A DNA stretch of 64,000 nt from Bacilli bacterium (GTDB lineage Bacteria > Bacillota_I > Bacilli_A > ML615J-28 > CAG-698). The notes beneath the pieces were generated by a model, which did no database searches, was not told the origin of the DNA, and was given only the letters and a program-made list of their open reading frames with translations. Position numbers and translations under genes: made by a program. The stretch covers positions 1,516 to 65,515 of the forward strand of contig JAZNJG010000142.1 of NCBI GenBank assembly GCA_045577945.1. Direction: 5' to 3'. This document shows, in pieces, positions 1 through 9,460 of this stretch (the first letter of the stretch is position 1; every line of letters begins with the position of its first letter).

Positions 1-7
1 GAATATT

Positions 8-367
8 GTGTTAAAAGATTATAAATCTAAATTTCAAATTGACAAAGATCAGTTTAAAAATATTATCAAAGCAGCTAACGCTATTAAAAACATTTCAAGT
101 AATAAAGATTCAATTATTCGTTTCTATTGTAATAATAGTGATATTATTGTTGAAGCCAAACTATCTAAAGATGAGCCTATGAAGAATGTATTCAGAATTA
201 ACTTAGGTAGTGACTATGAAATTGTTAGCTCGTTTGATGTTTCAGTTAACTCAAGTAAATTTAATCTAATTGATGGTGACTATGAAATTGAAATATATGA
301 AAGATTTATTAAACTAAGACATTCACAATTAGATTTATTCTATGTATTAGCTTGTGAGATTTTATAA
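8..367 (+). CDS. 5'-truncated ORF, possibly C-terminal part of sliding clamp (gp45-like)
   Basis: ORF runs off the window start; sits just upstream of the clamp-loader gene as in the T4 45-44-62-regA order; no diagnostic motif seen. Confidence 0.3.
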   Translation: MLKDYKSKFQIDKDQFKNIIKAANAIKNISSNKDSIIRFYCNNSDIIVEAKLSKDEPMKNVFRINLGSDYEIVSSFDVSVNSSKFNLIDGDYEIEIYERFIKLRHSQLDLFYVLACEIL

Positions 368-623
368 AATGAGTATCAAAATTATATCTATATCAAATAA
401 TCTTTATATAGGTACTGTAGAAGATATAAACCCATCATTTGTTGTATTAAAAGATGTTTATACGATCAATAATACCATTAGAGATAACAAAACTATAGTA
501 CTTGGTAAGGTTAAGTATATTAAGAAAGGAATTGCTAGTTTCTCGCAATTTGATTATATTGCTGATGCAGATGATAGTTTAATAGAATTATATATGAAAG
601 TTATTAGTGATGAAAAAGCTTGA
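354..623 (+). CDS. hypothetical protein (89 aa)
   Basis: compact ORF with overlapping start/stop junctions with both neighbours. Confidence 0.4.
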   Translation: MRFYKMSIKIISISNNLYIGTVEDINPSFVVLKDVYTINNTIRDNKTIVLGKVKYIKKGIASFSQFDYIADADDSLIELYMKVISDEKA

Positions 624-1545
624 AATTAATAAAATATGGTCAGAGAAATATAGACCCGATACTATAGATAAATGTATACTACCAGATAGAATTAAACATA
701 TCTTTACAACCTATAAAGAAAAAGATAATATACCTAATATGATATTATCAGGCTCTTCAGGCTGTGGTAAAACAACTATAGCTCGCGCATTATGTAAAGA
801 ATTAAATGTTGAGTGTTTAGAAATTAACGGTTCAGATGAAAATGGTATTGATGTTTTAAGAACAAAAATTACTGATTATGTATCAGCATATTCACTTAAT
901 AATCAAAAACAGTATAAAGTGATTTTACTCGATGAAGCTGATGGTTTAACTACACAAATGCAAGATGGGTTAAGAAACTTTATTGAGAAATATTCTGATT
1001 ATTGTAGATTTATATTCACTTGCAACAACTTTCATAAACTTACTAGTGCAATAAAATCTAGAACAGTTCATATTCCTTTTGATTTTACAAATGAGGAAAA
1101 AAATAAATTAATATTTGAAATGAGTAAAAGAATTTCAAATATTTTAAATAATGAAAATAGAAAAACTGATATGACTATAATAGGTCGTGTTGTATTAGAA
1201 ACCTTTCCTGACTTTCGTAACGCTATTAATACATTGGAAAATATTGATAGTAATGATTATAAAGAGTTTAAAAAAACAATTGATTCTAATTCTTTTAAGG
1301 ATTTAATTGAAATTATGAAATCCAAAGATTTTCCAAAAATGGTTAGTTGGGTTGAAGAAAACTGTAAATCAAATGAAGAGATGTTGTTTACTAAAATATA
1401 CGATAGCGTATCAGATATATTTCAAGGAACAAAGAAATGTCAAGCTATACTTGATTTAGCAGATTATCAGCAAAAATTTTATTTTGCAAAAGATAAAAGA
1501 ATCACTTTATGTGCTTGTATAGTAAAATTATCGACGTTAATTTAA
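607..1545 (+). CDS. clamp loader large subunit (AAA+ ATPase, gp44/RFC-like)
   Basis: Walker A 'SGSSGCGKTT'; Walker B/DEAD-like 'ILLDEADGLT'; SRC-like 'FIFTCN'; 312 aa close to T4 gp44 length. Confidence 0.85.
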   Translation: MMKKLEINKIWSEKYRPDTIDKCILPDRIKHIFTTYKEKDNIPNMILSGSSGCGKTTIARALCKELNVECLEINGSDENGIDVLRTKITDYVSAYSLNNQKQYKVILLDEADGLTTQMQDGLRNFIEKYSDYCRFIFTCNNFHKLTSAIKSRTVHIPFDFTNEEKNKLIFEMSKRISNILNNENRKTDMTIIGRVVLETFPDFRNAINTLENIDSNDYKEFKKTIDSNSFKDLIEIMKSKDFPKMVSWVEENCKSNEEMLFTKIYDSVSDIFQGTKKCQAILDLADYQQKFYFAKDKRITLCACIVKLSTLI

Positions 1546-1563
1546 TTAAAAGGATTAAGTAAA

Positions 1564-1866
1564 ATGGCTAATGAAGAAAATTCTGTTGTATGTGTTCATT
1601 TATTAAATGGTGAGACTTTAATTAGTGGTATTTCAAATATGAAAGAAAATTGGATTACACTAAATCAACCATATGTATTTGCATTAAATCCATTAGATAA
1701 TAAAACAATTCAATTTATACCATATTTAAATGAATTTACATCTGATGATTTATTTGATATTAATGTGAATTCAGTAGTGAGTATATTTAAACCTCATGAG
1801 AAATATGCTTTAAAATATATTGAATTTGTTAAAAATGGTGATTCAAAAACATTATTGACTGAGTAG
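1564..1866 (+). CDS. possible clamp-loader small subunit (gp62-like), by position only
   Basis: 100-aa ORF immediately after the gp44-like gene; no sequence motif recognised. Confidence 0.3.
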   Translation: MANEENSVVCVHLLNGETLISGISNMKENWITLNQPYVFALNPLDNKTIQFIPYLNEFTSDDLFDINVNSVVSIFKPHEKYALKYIEFVKNGDSKTLLTE

Positions 1867-1870
1867 TGAT

Positions 1871-2362
1871 ATGAATATGATTAATGAGTTATTTGATATT
1901 AGCGAGTGTAGTGAAAAAATCACTACATCGCAATATCAATATAATAATATTACTGATAATTATAAAGAACCGACGTTAACTGAGTGGTTAAATTCAATTA
2001 ATTATGATAAAACATACTTATTAGATAATTTAAATATTAAAAAATACCCACAATACATTATTAATATGTGTCTTTATAAGAACCGTGATATATTATACTA
2101 TATTGATGTATTAAATTGTCTAGATGTTAATAATAAAATGCATTATGATTTTTTATTAAACAGTATTCCAGCTAAAAAAAGATGGGCACCTTTTAGTAAA
2201 AAGAATAAAAATATAGATGATGTCGACCTAGTGAAAAAATATTTTAATGTTAGTTACAATCGTGCATTAAAGTATTACATGCAATTAGATAAGGAAGATA
2301 TTGAAATTATTAAAAAAATTTTTGAAGTGGGTGGAATTAAGAATAATAATAGAAAGAAATAA
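1871..2362 (+). CDS. hypothetical protein (163 aa)
   Basis: ORF in operon context. Confidence 0.4.
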   Translation: MNMINELFDISECSEKITTSQYQYNNITDNYKEPTLTEWLNSINYDKTYLLDNLNIKKYPQYIINMCLYKNRDILYYIDVLNCLDVNNKMHYDFLLNSIPAKKRWAPFSKKNKNIDDVDLVKKYFNVSYNRALKYYMQLDKEDIEIIKKIFEVGGIKNNNRKK

Positions 2363-2403
2363 ATATCTATAAATAATTCATATAGAGTAATAAAGGATGG
2401 TAT

Positions 2404-2817
2404 TTGATGAAAGATTTTAATGTTGAAGATTACATTCTCACAAGAGAGGTAAAATTAACCTCACCTGAAAAATTTACTGTTATAATGGAAACACTTGAAA
2501 GAATTGGTATGGTGAGTTTACATAATAAAACCTTATTTCAATCTTGCCATATTTTACAGAAAAGAGGTAAATTCTATATTGTACATTTTAAAGAAATGTA
2601 TGCATTAGATAATAAAGAGTGTACTCTTTCAATTGAAGATGTTGCAATTAGAAATCTAATAACAACATTATTAGTTAAATGGGGTATGGTTGAACTTGTT
2701 AATACAATCGAACCAGAACCAATTGCAAATGCTTTATCAATTAACATTATACCATACAAAGAGAGACAAAATTGGAATTTGCAGCCAAAATATAGATTTA
2801 GATATAAAAATAAATAA
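2404..2817 (+). CDS. regA: translational repressor RegA
   Basis: 'FQSCHILQKRGKFYIVHFKEM' matches the T4 RegA core 'YQSCHILQKKGLYYIVHFKEM'; C-terminus 'PKYRF' similar; T4-like position after the clamp-loader genes. Confidence 0.8.
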   Translation: MMKDFNVEDYILTREVKLTSPEKFTVIMETLERIGMVSLHNKTLFQSCHILQKRGKFYIVHFKEMYALDNKECTLSIEDVAIRNLITTLLVKWGMVELVNTIEPEPIANALSINIIPYKERQNWNLQPKYRFRYKNK

Positions 2818-2839
2818 TCTATAACTCAGGCTGCTTCGT

Positions 2840-3358
2840 ATGAAAATAATTAATCACACAATATCATTTATTGACTATCCAAGTAATAGCGAATGGGCTA
2901 TTATATTATATTTTAGTGGATGTGAGCATAAGTGTCGTTTATGTCATAATCAATTATTACAAAATCCAAATTCTGGTAAAGATATTGATATTGAAGATTT
3001 GTATAAATTGATTAAAAATCAATGTGAAAAAAATCACACTAAGAATGTAGTGTTTTCTGGTGGTGACCCTCTATATAAAACAAACATTAATATACTACGT
3101 TTATTCCTTGAAAAATATGGAAATGAATTTAATATATGTATATACACGGGTTATGATATTGAGTATGTTAAGAGAAATAATATATCAAATTTTAAGTATA
3201 TAAAATGTGGTGTATATAATGAGAAACAAAAACAACCATCTGGAAATTTTGAAAATTATTTTCAACTCGCCTCAATAAATCAAAACTTTTATAATAATAA
3301 GTATGAACAAGTTAGTAAAGACGGGAGACTAGTTTATGAAAACAGCGTTAAAGATTAA
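2840..3358 (+). CDS. nrdG: anaerobic ribonucleotide reductase activating protein (radical SAM, NrdG-like)
   Basis: Cys cluster 'FSGCEHKCRLCHN'; 'VVFSGGDPL' glycine-rich SAM motif; directly upstream of and overlapping NrdD. Confidence 0.75.
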   Translation: MKIINHTISFIDYPSNSEWAIILYFSGCEHKCRLCHNQLLQNPNSGKDIDIEDLYKLIKNQCEKNHTKNVVFSGGDPLYKTNINILRLFLEKYGNEFNICIYTGYDIEYVKRNNISNFKYIKCGVYNEKQKQPSGNFENYFQLASINQNFYNNKYEQVSKDGRLVYENSVKD

Positions 3359-5447
3359 TTATCCTGAGTTTGATCTTGATAGTGTAATTGATGAAGATTT
3401 GAAAATTGATCTTGATAGGGTTACTTATGATAAAGTTACTACTTCTAGTACAACAAGAACAATTAAGAATATTCGTAAAAATCTTTCAGCTACTATTAAA
3501 GCTAAATATGGTGTTAGTGATAAAGATAAATTAAAACAACTAACAGATAGTATTTTAAAAATACACGGTCTTCATGAAGATAATTTTGATTTTGTTAAAA
3601 AGTTTGAAGATGGTCTGCTGGAAAGAATCAACGATATTTCAATTGATGACAATTCAAATAAAAACGATAAAGTAATGAGAGGTTATTTGAATGAAATTGA
3701 AAAACCTGTTGATAAATTAGTTGGCTATGACATGCTTTATAGAACTTTAAAAGATTTATATGGTGAGAAAGAGGCAAAAAAACTAACAGGTGAAATGTAT
3801 GATTATTCACTAGGTTTATCAGACTCAAGTAATATCTTAGTTCCTTATTGTTGGGCTTTAGATGCATCTAAAATAGTAACACAGGGTCGTAATTTTGGTG
3901 TATTACCTTCAGGTCCTTGTAAACATGTAAGTTCATATATTTCTTCATTATGCGAAACAGTTCATCAGATGTCGAATCATTTAGCAGGTGCTATTGCAAT
4001 TGGTTCATTCTTTCTTGATTTAGCACACGTTATGATTTACAAAGAAAGAATCACTTTAGAAGATATTAAAAGTAATAAGCGTACACGTAAGTTGATTGAA
4101 AACGAGATTCAACAATTTGTTCATTCTGTAAATCATCTATCAAGAAACGGGCAAGAAAGCCCATTTACTAACGTATCAGTATTTGATAGTGTTAAGTTAA
4201 TCAGTTTGCTAGATGAAAAAAATTATGATTGGTATTTTCCAAATATGAAAGCAATCTCAACTGATAATGATTTAAGCGATAAAATGTCAGATGAAGATTT
4301 TAAAAAGTATGTAATTGATTATATATTAGTAATCCAGAATCTATATATGGATTTCTTTGAAAAGGGTGATCCAAGAAATAATGGAATGCCTTATAGATTT
4401 CCTGTTACAACAGTTAATTTTTCAAAGAATGAAAATCTTGAAATTATTGATAATAAATTTTTAAAAGAGTTTTGTAAGAGAGATGTTTCTAGATTTAACC
4501 TATTTAATAGTATGGGTACTAAAGTATGTAGTTGCTGTCGTTTGATTAACAATACAGAAATGTTAGATTTTGCAGCTCAATCAAATTCATTTGGTGGTGG
4601 TGGTTCTATTTCATTAGGATCACATCGAGTTGTTACAGTTAATTTTGCACGAATTGCAATCGAAGCTGATTCGTTTGATGAATATTTAGAAATTCTTGAT
4701 GAAAGAGTTGAGGCTGCTGCTAAAATCTTACGCGCACATAAATTGATGTTGATGAAATTAACTGAAAAGGGTTATGAGCCATTTATTGCGAATGGCTATA
4801 TTCAAATGAAGAGAATGTTTTCGACATTTGGTATGCTAGGTATATATGAAGCTAATAAAATTTTAAGACAAAAATTAGAAGTGAATGAAGATGTTGATTT
4901 GATTAAGGATATTTTAATTCATTTTAATGAAAAAGTTCTTGAAATGAGTAAAGTTTACAAAATAACAGGAAATATTGAACAGATACCTGGTGAAAGCTTT
5001 GCAGTAAGATTAGCTGATACAGATAAAATAATTTTCGATTTTAATGATGATTATTATAAAATGTATGCAAATCAGTTTTGTCCATTATATGAAGATTTTA
5101 GCTTATTTGAGAAACTTGAAACAGATGGTCTTTATAATAGTATGCTTTCTGGTGGAGGAATTGTACATTGTCAAATTGCAAGTGAAACAACACCTCAACA
5201 AAATGAAAAATTAATTAAATACGCATGTAGTGTAGGGTGTGAACATTTTGCACTAAATCGTGTGTATTCTAGATGTAGAGAGTGTGGAAAGGTAGTTAAT
5301 TATAAGGAAGATAAATGTGAATGTGGAAGTGAAAGTATTGAATATTTAACAAGAGTTGTTGGATTCTTCACACCTGTTGATTCTTGGAATAAAACGAGAA
5401 GAGAATGGGAGTTTCCAAAACGCAGATTTACAAAAATCGATTTATAA
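3336..5447 (+). CDS. nrdD: anaerobic ribonucleoside-triphosphate reductase NrdD
   Basis: 703 aa; C-terminal glycyl-radical motif 'TRVVGFFTPV'; Zn ribbon 'CRECGKVVNYKEDKCECGS'. Confidence 0.9.
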   Translation: MKTALKINYPEFDLDSVIDEDLKIDLDRVTYDKVTTSSTTRTIKNIRKNLSATIKAKYGVSDKDKLKQLTDSILKIHGLHEDNFDFVKKFEDGLLERINDISIDDNSNKNDKVMRGYLNEIEKPVDKLVGYDMLYRTLKDLYGEKEAKKLTGEMYDYSLGLSDSSNILVPYCWALDASKIVTQGRNFGVLPSGPCKHVSSYISSLCETVHQMSNHLAGAIAIGSFFLDLAHVMIYKERITLEDIKSNKRTRKLIENEIQQFVHSVNHLSRNGQESPFTNVSVFDSVKLISLLDEKNYDWYFPNMKAISTDNDLSDKMSDEDFKKYVIDYILVIQNLYMDFFEKGDPRNNGMPYRFPVTTVNFSKNENLEIIDNKFLKEFCKRDVSRFNLFNSMGTKVCSCCRLINNTEMLDFAAQSNSFGGGGSISLGSHRVVTVNFARIAIEADSFDEYLEILDERVEAAAKILRAHKLMLMKLTEKGYEPFIANGYIQMKRMFSTFGMLGIYEANKILRQKLEVNEDVDLIKDILIHFNEKVLEMSKVYKITGNIEQIPGESFAVRLADTDKIIFDFNDDYYKMYANQFCPLYEDFSLFEKLETDGLYNSMLSGGGIVHCQIASETTPQQNEKLIKYACSVGCEHFALNRVYSRCRECGKVVNYKEDKCECGSESIEYLTRVVGFFTPVDSWNKTRREWEFPKRRFTKIDL

Positions 5448-5472
5448 TTGAAATTTATAAATTTTTAATATA

Positions 5473-5510
5473 AAATAGAGATAATAATAAGTTATCTCTA
5501 TTTTTATTTG
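5473..5510. terminator. bidirectional terminator after nrdD
   Basis: 12-bp stem 'aaatagagataa/ttatctctattt' + T-run. Confidence 0.6.
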
Positions 5511-5529
5511 ATAAGTATCAAAGGTAGAT

Positions 5530-5928
5530 CTAACTCCACAACCAATTAATTATTTTAAATGGAATTAATAAAATCCACTTTAACCCTTTTAGTATTTTAG
5601 CAAAAAAAGGTTCTCTGTACTCTTTCATATCATCAGGTATAAATTTTACTCTTTTATCCCTTAAAAGCTTTTGTTGGTATAATTTAATTTCAGTTTCATT
5701 TGGTAAGTGATCTTTACCAAATAAAGCGTATAAATCTATATATTTTCTTTTATCAAAGATTCGATTTGGTATGTATTTAATATATGATTCTGGTATTCTA
5801 CCTTCAACATCTATAACTAGCCCAATTGGTTCTTCATCTTGAATTGCTTTATTTCCTATATATCGATCTCTTAATTTATAAGCTTTAATAACTCGAATTT
5901 TACCATTCATACTATACCTCTCTTTCAT
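5530..5928 (-). CDS. hypothetical protein (132 aa)
   Basis: minus-strand ORF between two terminator/promoter regions. Confidence 0.4.
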   Translation of the reverse strand: MKERYSMNGKIRVIKAYKLRDRYIGNKAIQDEEPIGLVIDVEGRIPESYIKYIPNRIFDKRKYIDLYALFGKDHLPNETEIKLYQQKLLRDKRVKFIPDDMKEYREPFFAKILKGLKWILLIPFKIINWLWS

Positions 5929-5962
5929 AATTATTTATTTCTGTATAATTTTCATAAATTAG

Positions 5963-5991
5963 TTGATTATATTAAAAATTTATTATATATT
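5963..5991 (+). promoter_or_regulatory. early sigma70-like promoter
   Basis: TTGATT-17-TATATT; shared 27-nt motif 'ttgattatattaaaaatttattatata'. Confidence 0.55.
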
Positions 5992-6014
5992 AAATATAAA
6001 TTAAAGGAGATATA

Positions 6015-6359
6015 ATGACTGAATATTTAAATATTGATTATGATAGTTTCTTAGACGATCAACCATCAAACTATCCATTTCGTATAATACGCTATAATTA
6101 CAATAATAATTGTGGTATGTTAAAATTTTATAAGAAGCAAAAAGAATATAATTATAGTAGTAATGTAATTGAATCATATATTAGAAACAAGTTTTCTAAG
6201 TTAATAAAAAAGATTACTATCATATCTGATAAATTTATTGGTGATGAAAGAATCGTTAATTATACAGTAGGAGAACAGGTTTTAGAAATACACTTTGATC
6301 GAGAAGATAAAGAATATTATTTTACAGATACACAGATTATATCATATTTAAATAATTAA
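6015..6359 (+). CDS. hypothetical protein (114 aa)
   Basis: preceded by early promoter TTGATT-17-TATATT and RBS 'aaaggaga'. Confidence 0.45.
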   Translation: MTEYLNIDYDSFLDDQPSNYPFRIIRYNYNNNCGMLKFYKKQKEYNYSSNVIESYIRNKFSKLIKKITIISDKFIGDERIVNYTVGEQVLEIHFDREDKEYYFTDTQIISYLNN

Positions 6360-6421
6360 GTTGAATTTCTAATAATTGTATATAATATTATGTATAATGC
6401 GATAATAAGGTGTTAGAATAA

Positions 6422-7561
6422 ATGGTTGATATAACTTTAACAGATGAACAAAATCAAGCTATTAAAGAATTTTTTAATTGGTTTAATAATTTTAAATTAA
6501 AATATTCTAAAAGATTTTTCTTTATTTCTGGTCCTGCAGGAACAGGAAAGACAACCTTATGCCGATTTATTTTAGATGATCTTAATTCATCTGATAAAAC
6601 TGTTTGCTGTTGTGCGTTTACAGGTAAAGCATCTGTTAATTTTAAAGAAAAAACTGGTTATCCAAGTAATACAATACATTCATGTATTTATAAACCTGTT
6701 ATGAAAGATGGTAAGGTTGTTGATTGGAAATTAAATTTTTATGACAGTCCTTTTTTAGAATGCGATTTAATAATAATTGATGAAATATCAATGGTGTATA
6801 AAGAATTATGGTTAGATATATTAAAATATAACAAACCTATTCTTGTGTTTGGTGATTTAAACCAACTTCCACCTGTTAATAATGATATAATATTTAGTGA
6901 AATAAATGTAGATTTTAACCTTACACAGATACACAGACAAGCTTTAGAAAATCCAATCATTCGATTATCGATTGATGTTAGAAATGAAACAGATATTCCC
7001 TATGGTAATTTTGAAGATAAAGTGCTAAAAATACGTAGAGATGAATTTGATCTTAAAAATATTTTAAAATTTGATCAAGTACTATGTGGTCGTAACGTAA
7101 CAAGAGTTGAATTAAATAATTATACTCGACAATTATTAGGCTACACAACTCAATTACCATCTATTAATGAAAAATTAATATGTTTAAGAAATAATAGAGA
7201 TGCATATGTGTTTAATGGGCAAATATTAAATACTATAAGTAATCCAATTAAACAAGATAAGAAAAGAGGAACATTTGATATTAGACTTGACTATAACGAA
7301 GGTTATAGTAATGTATTTACTATATTTGATGATGAGTTTCTAAGAAAAGATATACGTGAGGAAAGATGGAGGATATTAAGAGATAATCCATGGTTTTGTC
7401 AATTTGATTTTTCATATACTATTTCTGTACATAAATCTCAAGGCTCAGAATGGAACACAGTGTGTTTATTTGATGAGAGTTATTGTTTTAGAGAGAGTAG
7501 GTGGAAATGGTTATATACTGGAATTACTAGATGTAAGGATAAATTACTTATAATAAAGTAA
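6422..7561 (+). CDS. dda: Dda-like SF1 DNA helicase (RecD/Dda family)
   Basis: Walker A 'GPAGTGKTT'; 'LIIIDEISM'; C-terminal motif 'VHKSQGSEW'. Confidence 0.8.
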   Translation: MVDITLTDEQNQAIKEFFNWFNNFKLKYSKRFFFISGPAGTGKTTLCRFILDDLNSSDKTVCCCAFTGKASVNFKEKTGYPSNTIHSCIYKPVMKDGKVVDWKLNFYDSPFLECDLIIIDEISMVYKELWLDILKYNKPILVFGDLNQLPPVNNDIIFSEINVDFNLTQIHRQALENPIIRLSIDVRNETDIPYGNFEDKVLKIRRDEFDLKNILKFDQVLCGRNVTRVELNNYTRQLLGYTTQLPSINEKLICLRNNRDAYVFNGQILNTISNPIKQDKKRGTFDIRLDYNEGYSNVFTIFDDEFLRKDIREERWRILRDNPWFCQFDFSYTISVHKSQGSEWNTVCLFDESYCFRESRWKWLYTGITRCKDKLLIIK

Positions 7562-7595
7562 GAGAAGAGATTAAATCTCTTCTCTTTTATTTTTT
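7561..7595 (+). terminator. terminator after dda
   Basis: 11-bp stem 'agagaagagat/atctcttctct' + 'tttatttttt'. Confidence 0.65.
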
Positions 7596-8001
7596 AACTT
7601 AGTTGCGCTTTTAATAAAGCTTTTACTTTTAACATATGTGATGATATCTCATCCAAAATTGCATTAACACCTCTATAAGTATTAATATCATCTATACCTA
7701 TTTTAATTTCATCAGCTAAATTTAATAAGAATCGAATCATTGATTCTGTGTTATTAAAATCTTCAACATAATATTTAGTAGATTCTATCTTAAATATATT
7801 CTCGATTGATTTTAAAGAATTAGTTTCTTCTGCCATAAAATATCTTTCCATCAAACTATCTATAAAATCATCAATTGGTTCAGCAACTTCATCCATAAAT
7901 TCATGTAATTCTAAAAATTGTGAACCTGTTAATTTCCAGTGTATTAATTTTGCAGATACCTTAAAAGCGTGTAATCTTGCCACCACATCTTTCATTTTCA
8001 T
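7594..8001 (-). CDS. Dps/ferritin-like protein
   Basis: 'VSAKLIHWKLTGSQFLELHEFMDE' resembles the Dps helix-A/B motif 'HW.V.G..F..LHE'. Confidence 0.45.
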   Translation of the reverse strand: MKMKDVVARLHAFKVSAKLIHWKLTGSQFLELHEFMDEVAEPIDDFIDSLMERYFMAEETNSLKSIENIFKIESTKYYVEDFNNTESMIRFLLNLADEIKIGIDDINTYRGVNAILDEISSHMLKVKALLKAQLS

Positions 8002-8099
8002 ATTTTTTACTCCTATAATAATATTTTTAATCCTAAGTATTTATGATTTTAAAATCTTATAAATAATTATAAATCTAATTTAATTTTTATAAGATTTTA

Positions 8100-8137
8100 T
8101 CAAACATTCAATATTAAATTTAATCTTGAATGTTTAT
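8100..8137 (-). other. imperfect 14-bp hairpin at the 3' end of the TnpB-like gene
   Basis: 'aaacattcaatatt aaattt aatcttgaatgttt' (one mismatch); overlaps the stop codon. Confidence 0.45.
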
Positions 8138-9322
8138 TTTTTGTACATTTAATAAGTTTTGATAATTAAATGTATGGTTAAACCATAACAACCCATATTG
8201 TTTTGCTATATTGACAGCTGAATTAATATCCCTATCAATAAAAACAGAAGGAAGAATTTCAACAATTCTATTATATAGATTTGACTTGAATTCAATTTTA
8301 TCAGTCATGCAATTTAACTGACTCGTATATGATTCATTTACTGGTATAAATTTGATATTGTTTAGTTCAGCTTTATACTGAATGAAACTCTTAAATCTAC
8401 TCAATAATCCTTCATTTTGAGTTGATTTATTTAATTTACATTTATAATTCTTTTTACATTTTTTAGTTTGAATGTCTCCTACAATAATGTTATCTATGTT
8501 TTTAGATCTACATTCATCAATAATAAATTTTGATGTTTTGTGTAAATAATCTTTTCTTTTATTTGTTAATTTTTGTTGTTTTCTTTGTTTTGTTTTAAAT
8601 AATTTTAAATATTTGTTTGAACCTTTAACTTTCTTTGATAATTTAGATTTAATACTATTAATTTGTTCTTCTAAACTTTTAAATCTTTTAGTTTGAATTT
8701 TGATACAGTCACCATTTGATTCATATATAGAAGCAATGGATGAAACACCTAAATCAATAGACATAAAATTATAATTATATTCTTTTTCTTTCTTTTGTTC
8801 AGAATAAACAAAAATTAAATAAATATCTCCATTTTCATATAGTTTGAAAACTAATTGTTTAATCGTATCAATATTGATTACATTTGTATCATAATAATCA
8901 CAATTAGATAAATCTATGTTGATTTTGGGTTTATTAATTTGTATTTGTTTGTTAATAAATTTAAAACCACCACCAATATAAATTTTATCACCTCTTTTTT
9001 GAATATTGGCATCTAATAAAATTGGAGAATAAACTCTTTCATTTTTAGGATATCTGGCTGTTTTATCTTTCTTTTTCTTAGTAAAGTATGATTTTACTGA
9101 ATTAATAACCTCTCTACTGACATTTTGAGTATGTTTAGAATGGAGTTTGTTTTCTTTGGCAAAATCTTTAGTTATTTGATGAATTTTATTAAAATCGTTA
9201 TTTTCTTTGAGATTTTGCAAACATAAATTATAAACAGTTGATAGTGATATTGAATACTGTTTTAATAATTCAATATCACTATCATTTAGAAAACTATTTA
9301 TTTTAATTCTTTTTACTAACAT
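8120..9322 (-). CDS. TnpB-like (IS200/IS605 OrfB family) RuvC-like nuclease without the canonical zinc finger
   Basis: RuvC-I 'FMSIDLGVSSIA'; RuvC-III 'YTSQ...DRDINSAVNIAKQ'; N-terminal helical region as in OrfB proteins; no adjacent TnpA; the CxxC...CxxC insert is absent. Confidence 0.55.
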   Translation of the reverse strand: MLVKRIKINSFLNDSDIELLKQYSISLSTVYNLCLQNLKENNDFNKIHQITKDFAKENKLHSKHTQNVSREVINSVKSYFTKKKKDKTARYPKNERVYSPILLDANIQKRGDKIYIGGGFKFINKQIQINKPKINIDLSNCDYYDTNVINIDTIKQLVFKLYENGDIYLIFVYSEQKKEKEYNYNFMSIDLGVSSIASIYESNGDCIKIQTKRFKSLEEQINSIKSKLSKKVKGSNKYLKLFKTKQRKQQKLTNKRKDYLHKTSKFIIDECRSKNIDNIIVGDIQTKKCKKNYKCKLNKSTQNEGLLSRFKSFIQYKAELNNIKFIPVNESYTSQLNCMTDKIEFKSNLYNRIVEILPSVFIDRDINSAVNIAKQYGLLWFNHTFNYQNLLNVQKINIQD

Positions 9323-9460
9323 AATTAAGTTATTTAAAAAAATTAACTTTATATAACTATTTATAAAAAATTACATAAGGAAATATAGATAAAAATATAT
9401 TGTAAAATAAAAATATATTATTTATAATTTTTTTATAAAAATTCATATCATTTTTGAAAG

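Noticed and set aside
2574-2759. Short antisense or overlapping ORFs in the track (e.g. 2574..2759-, 3628..3867-, 6739..6960-, 10980..11174-, 19742..19972-, 23205..23444-, 24468..24653+, 28225..28455-, 30339..30533-, 31372..31596-, 32754..32948-, 35022..35228+, 46377..46896+, 47351..47536+, 51477..51683+, 54482..54685+, 55072..55299+, 56058..56264+, 57382..57567-, 59260..59657, 60834..61116-)
   Set aside because: Each lies inside a longer gene with clear protein-like features, on the opposite strand or in another frame. Their low-complexity, AT-codon-biased translations are typical of spurious ORFs in AT-rich DNA.
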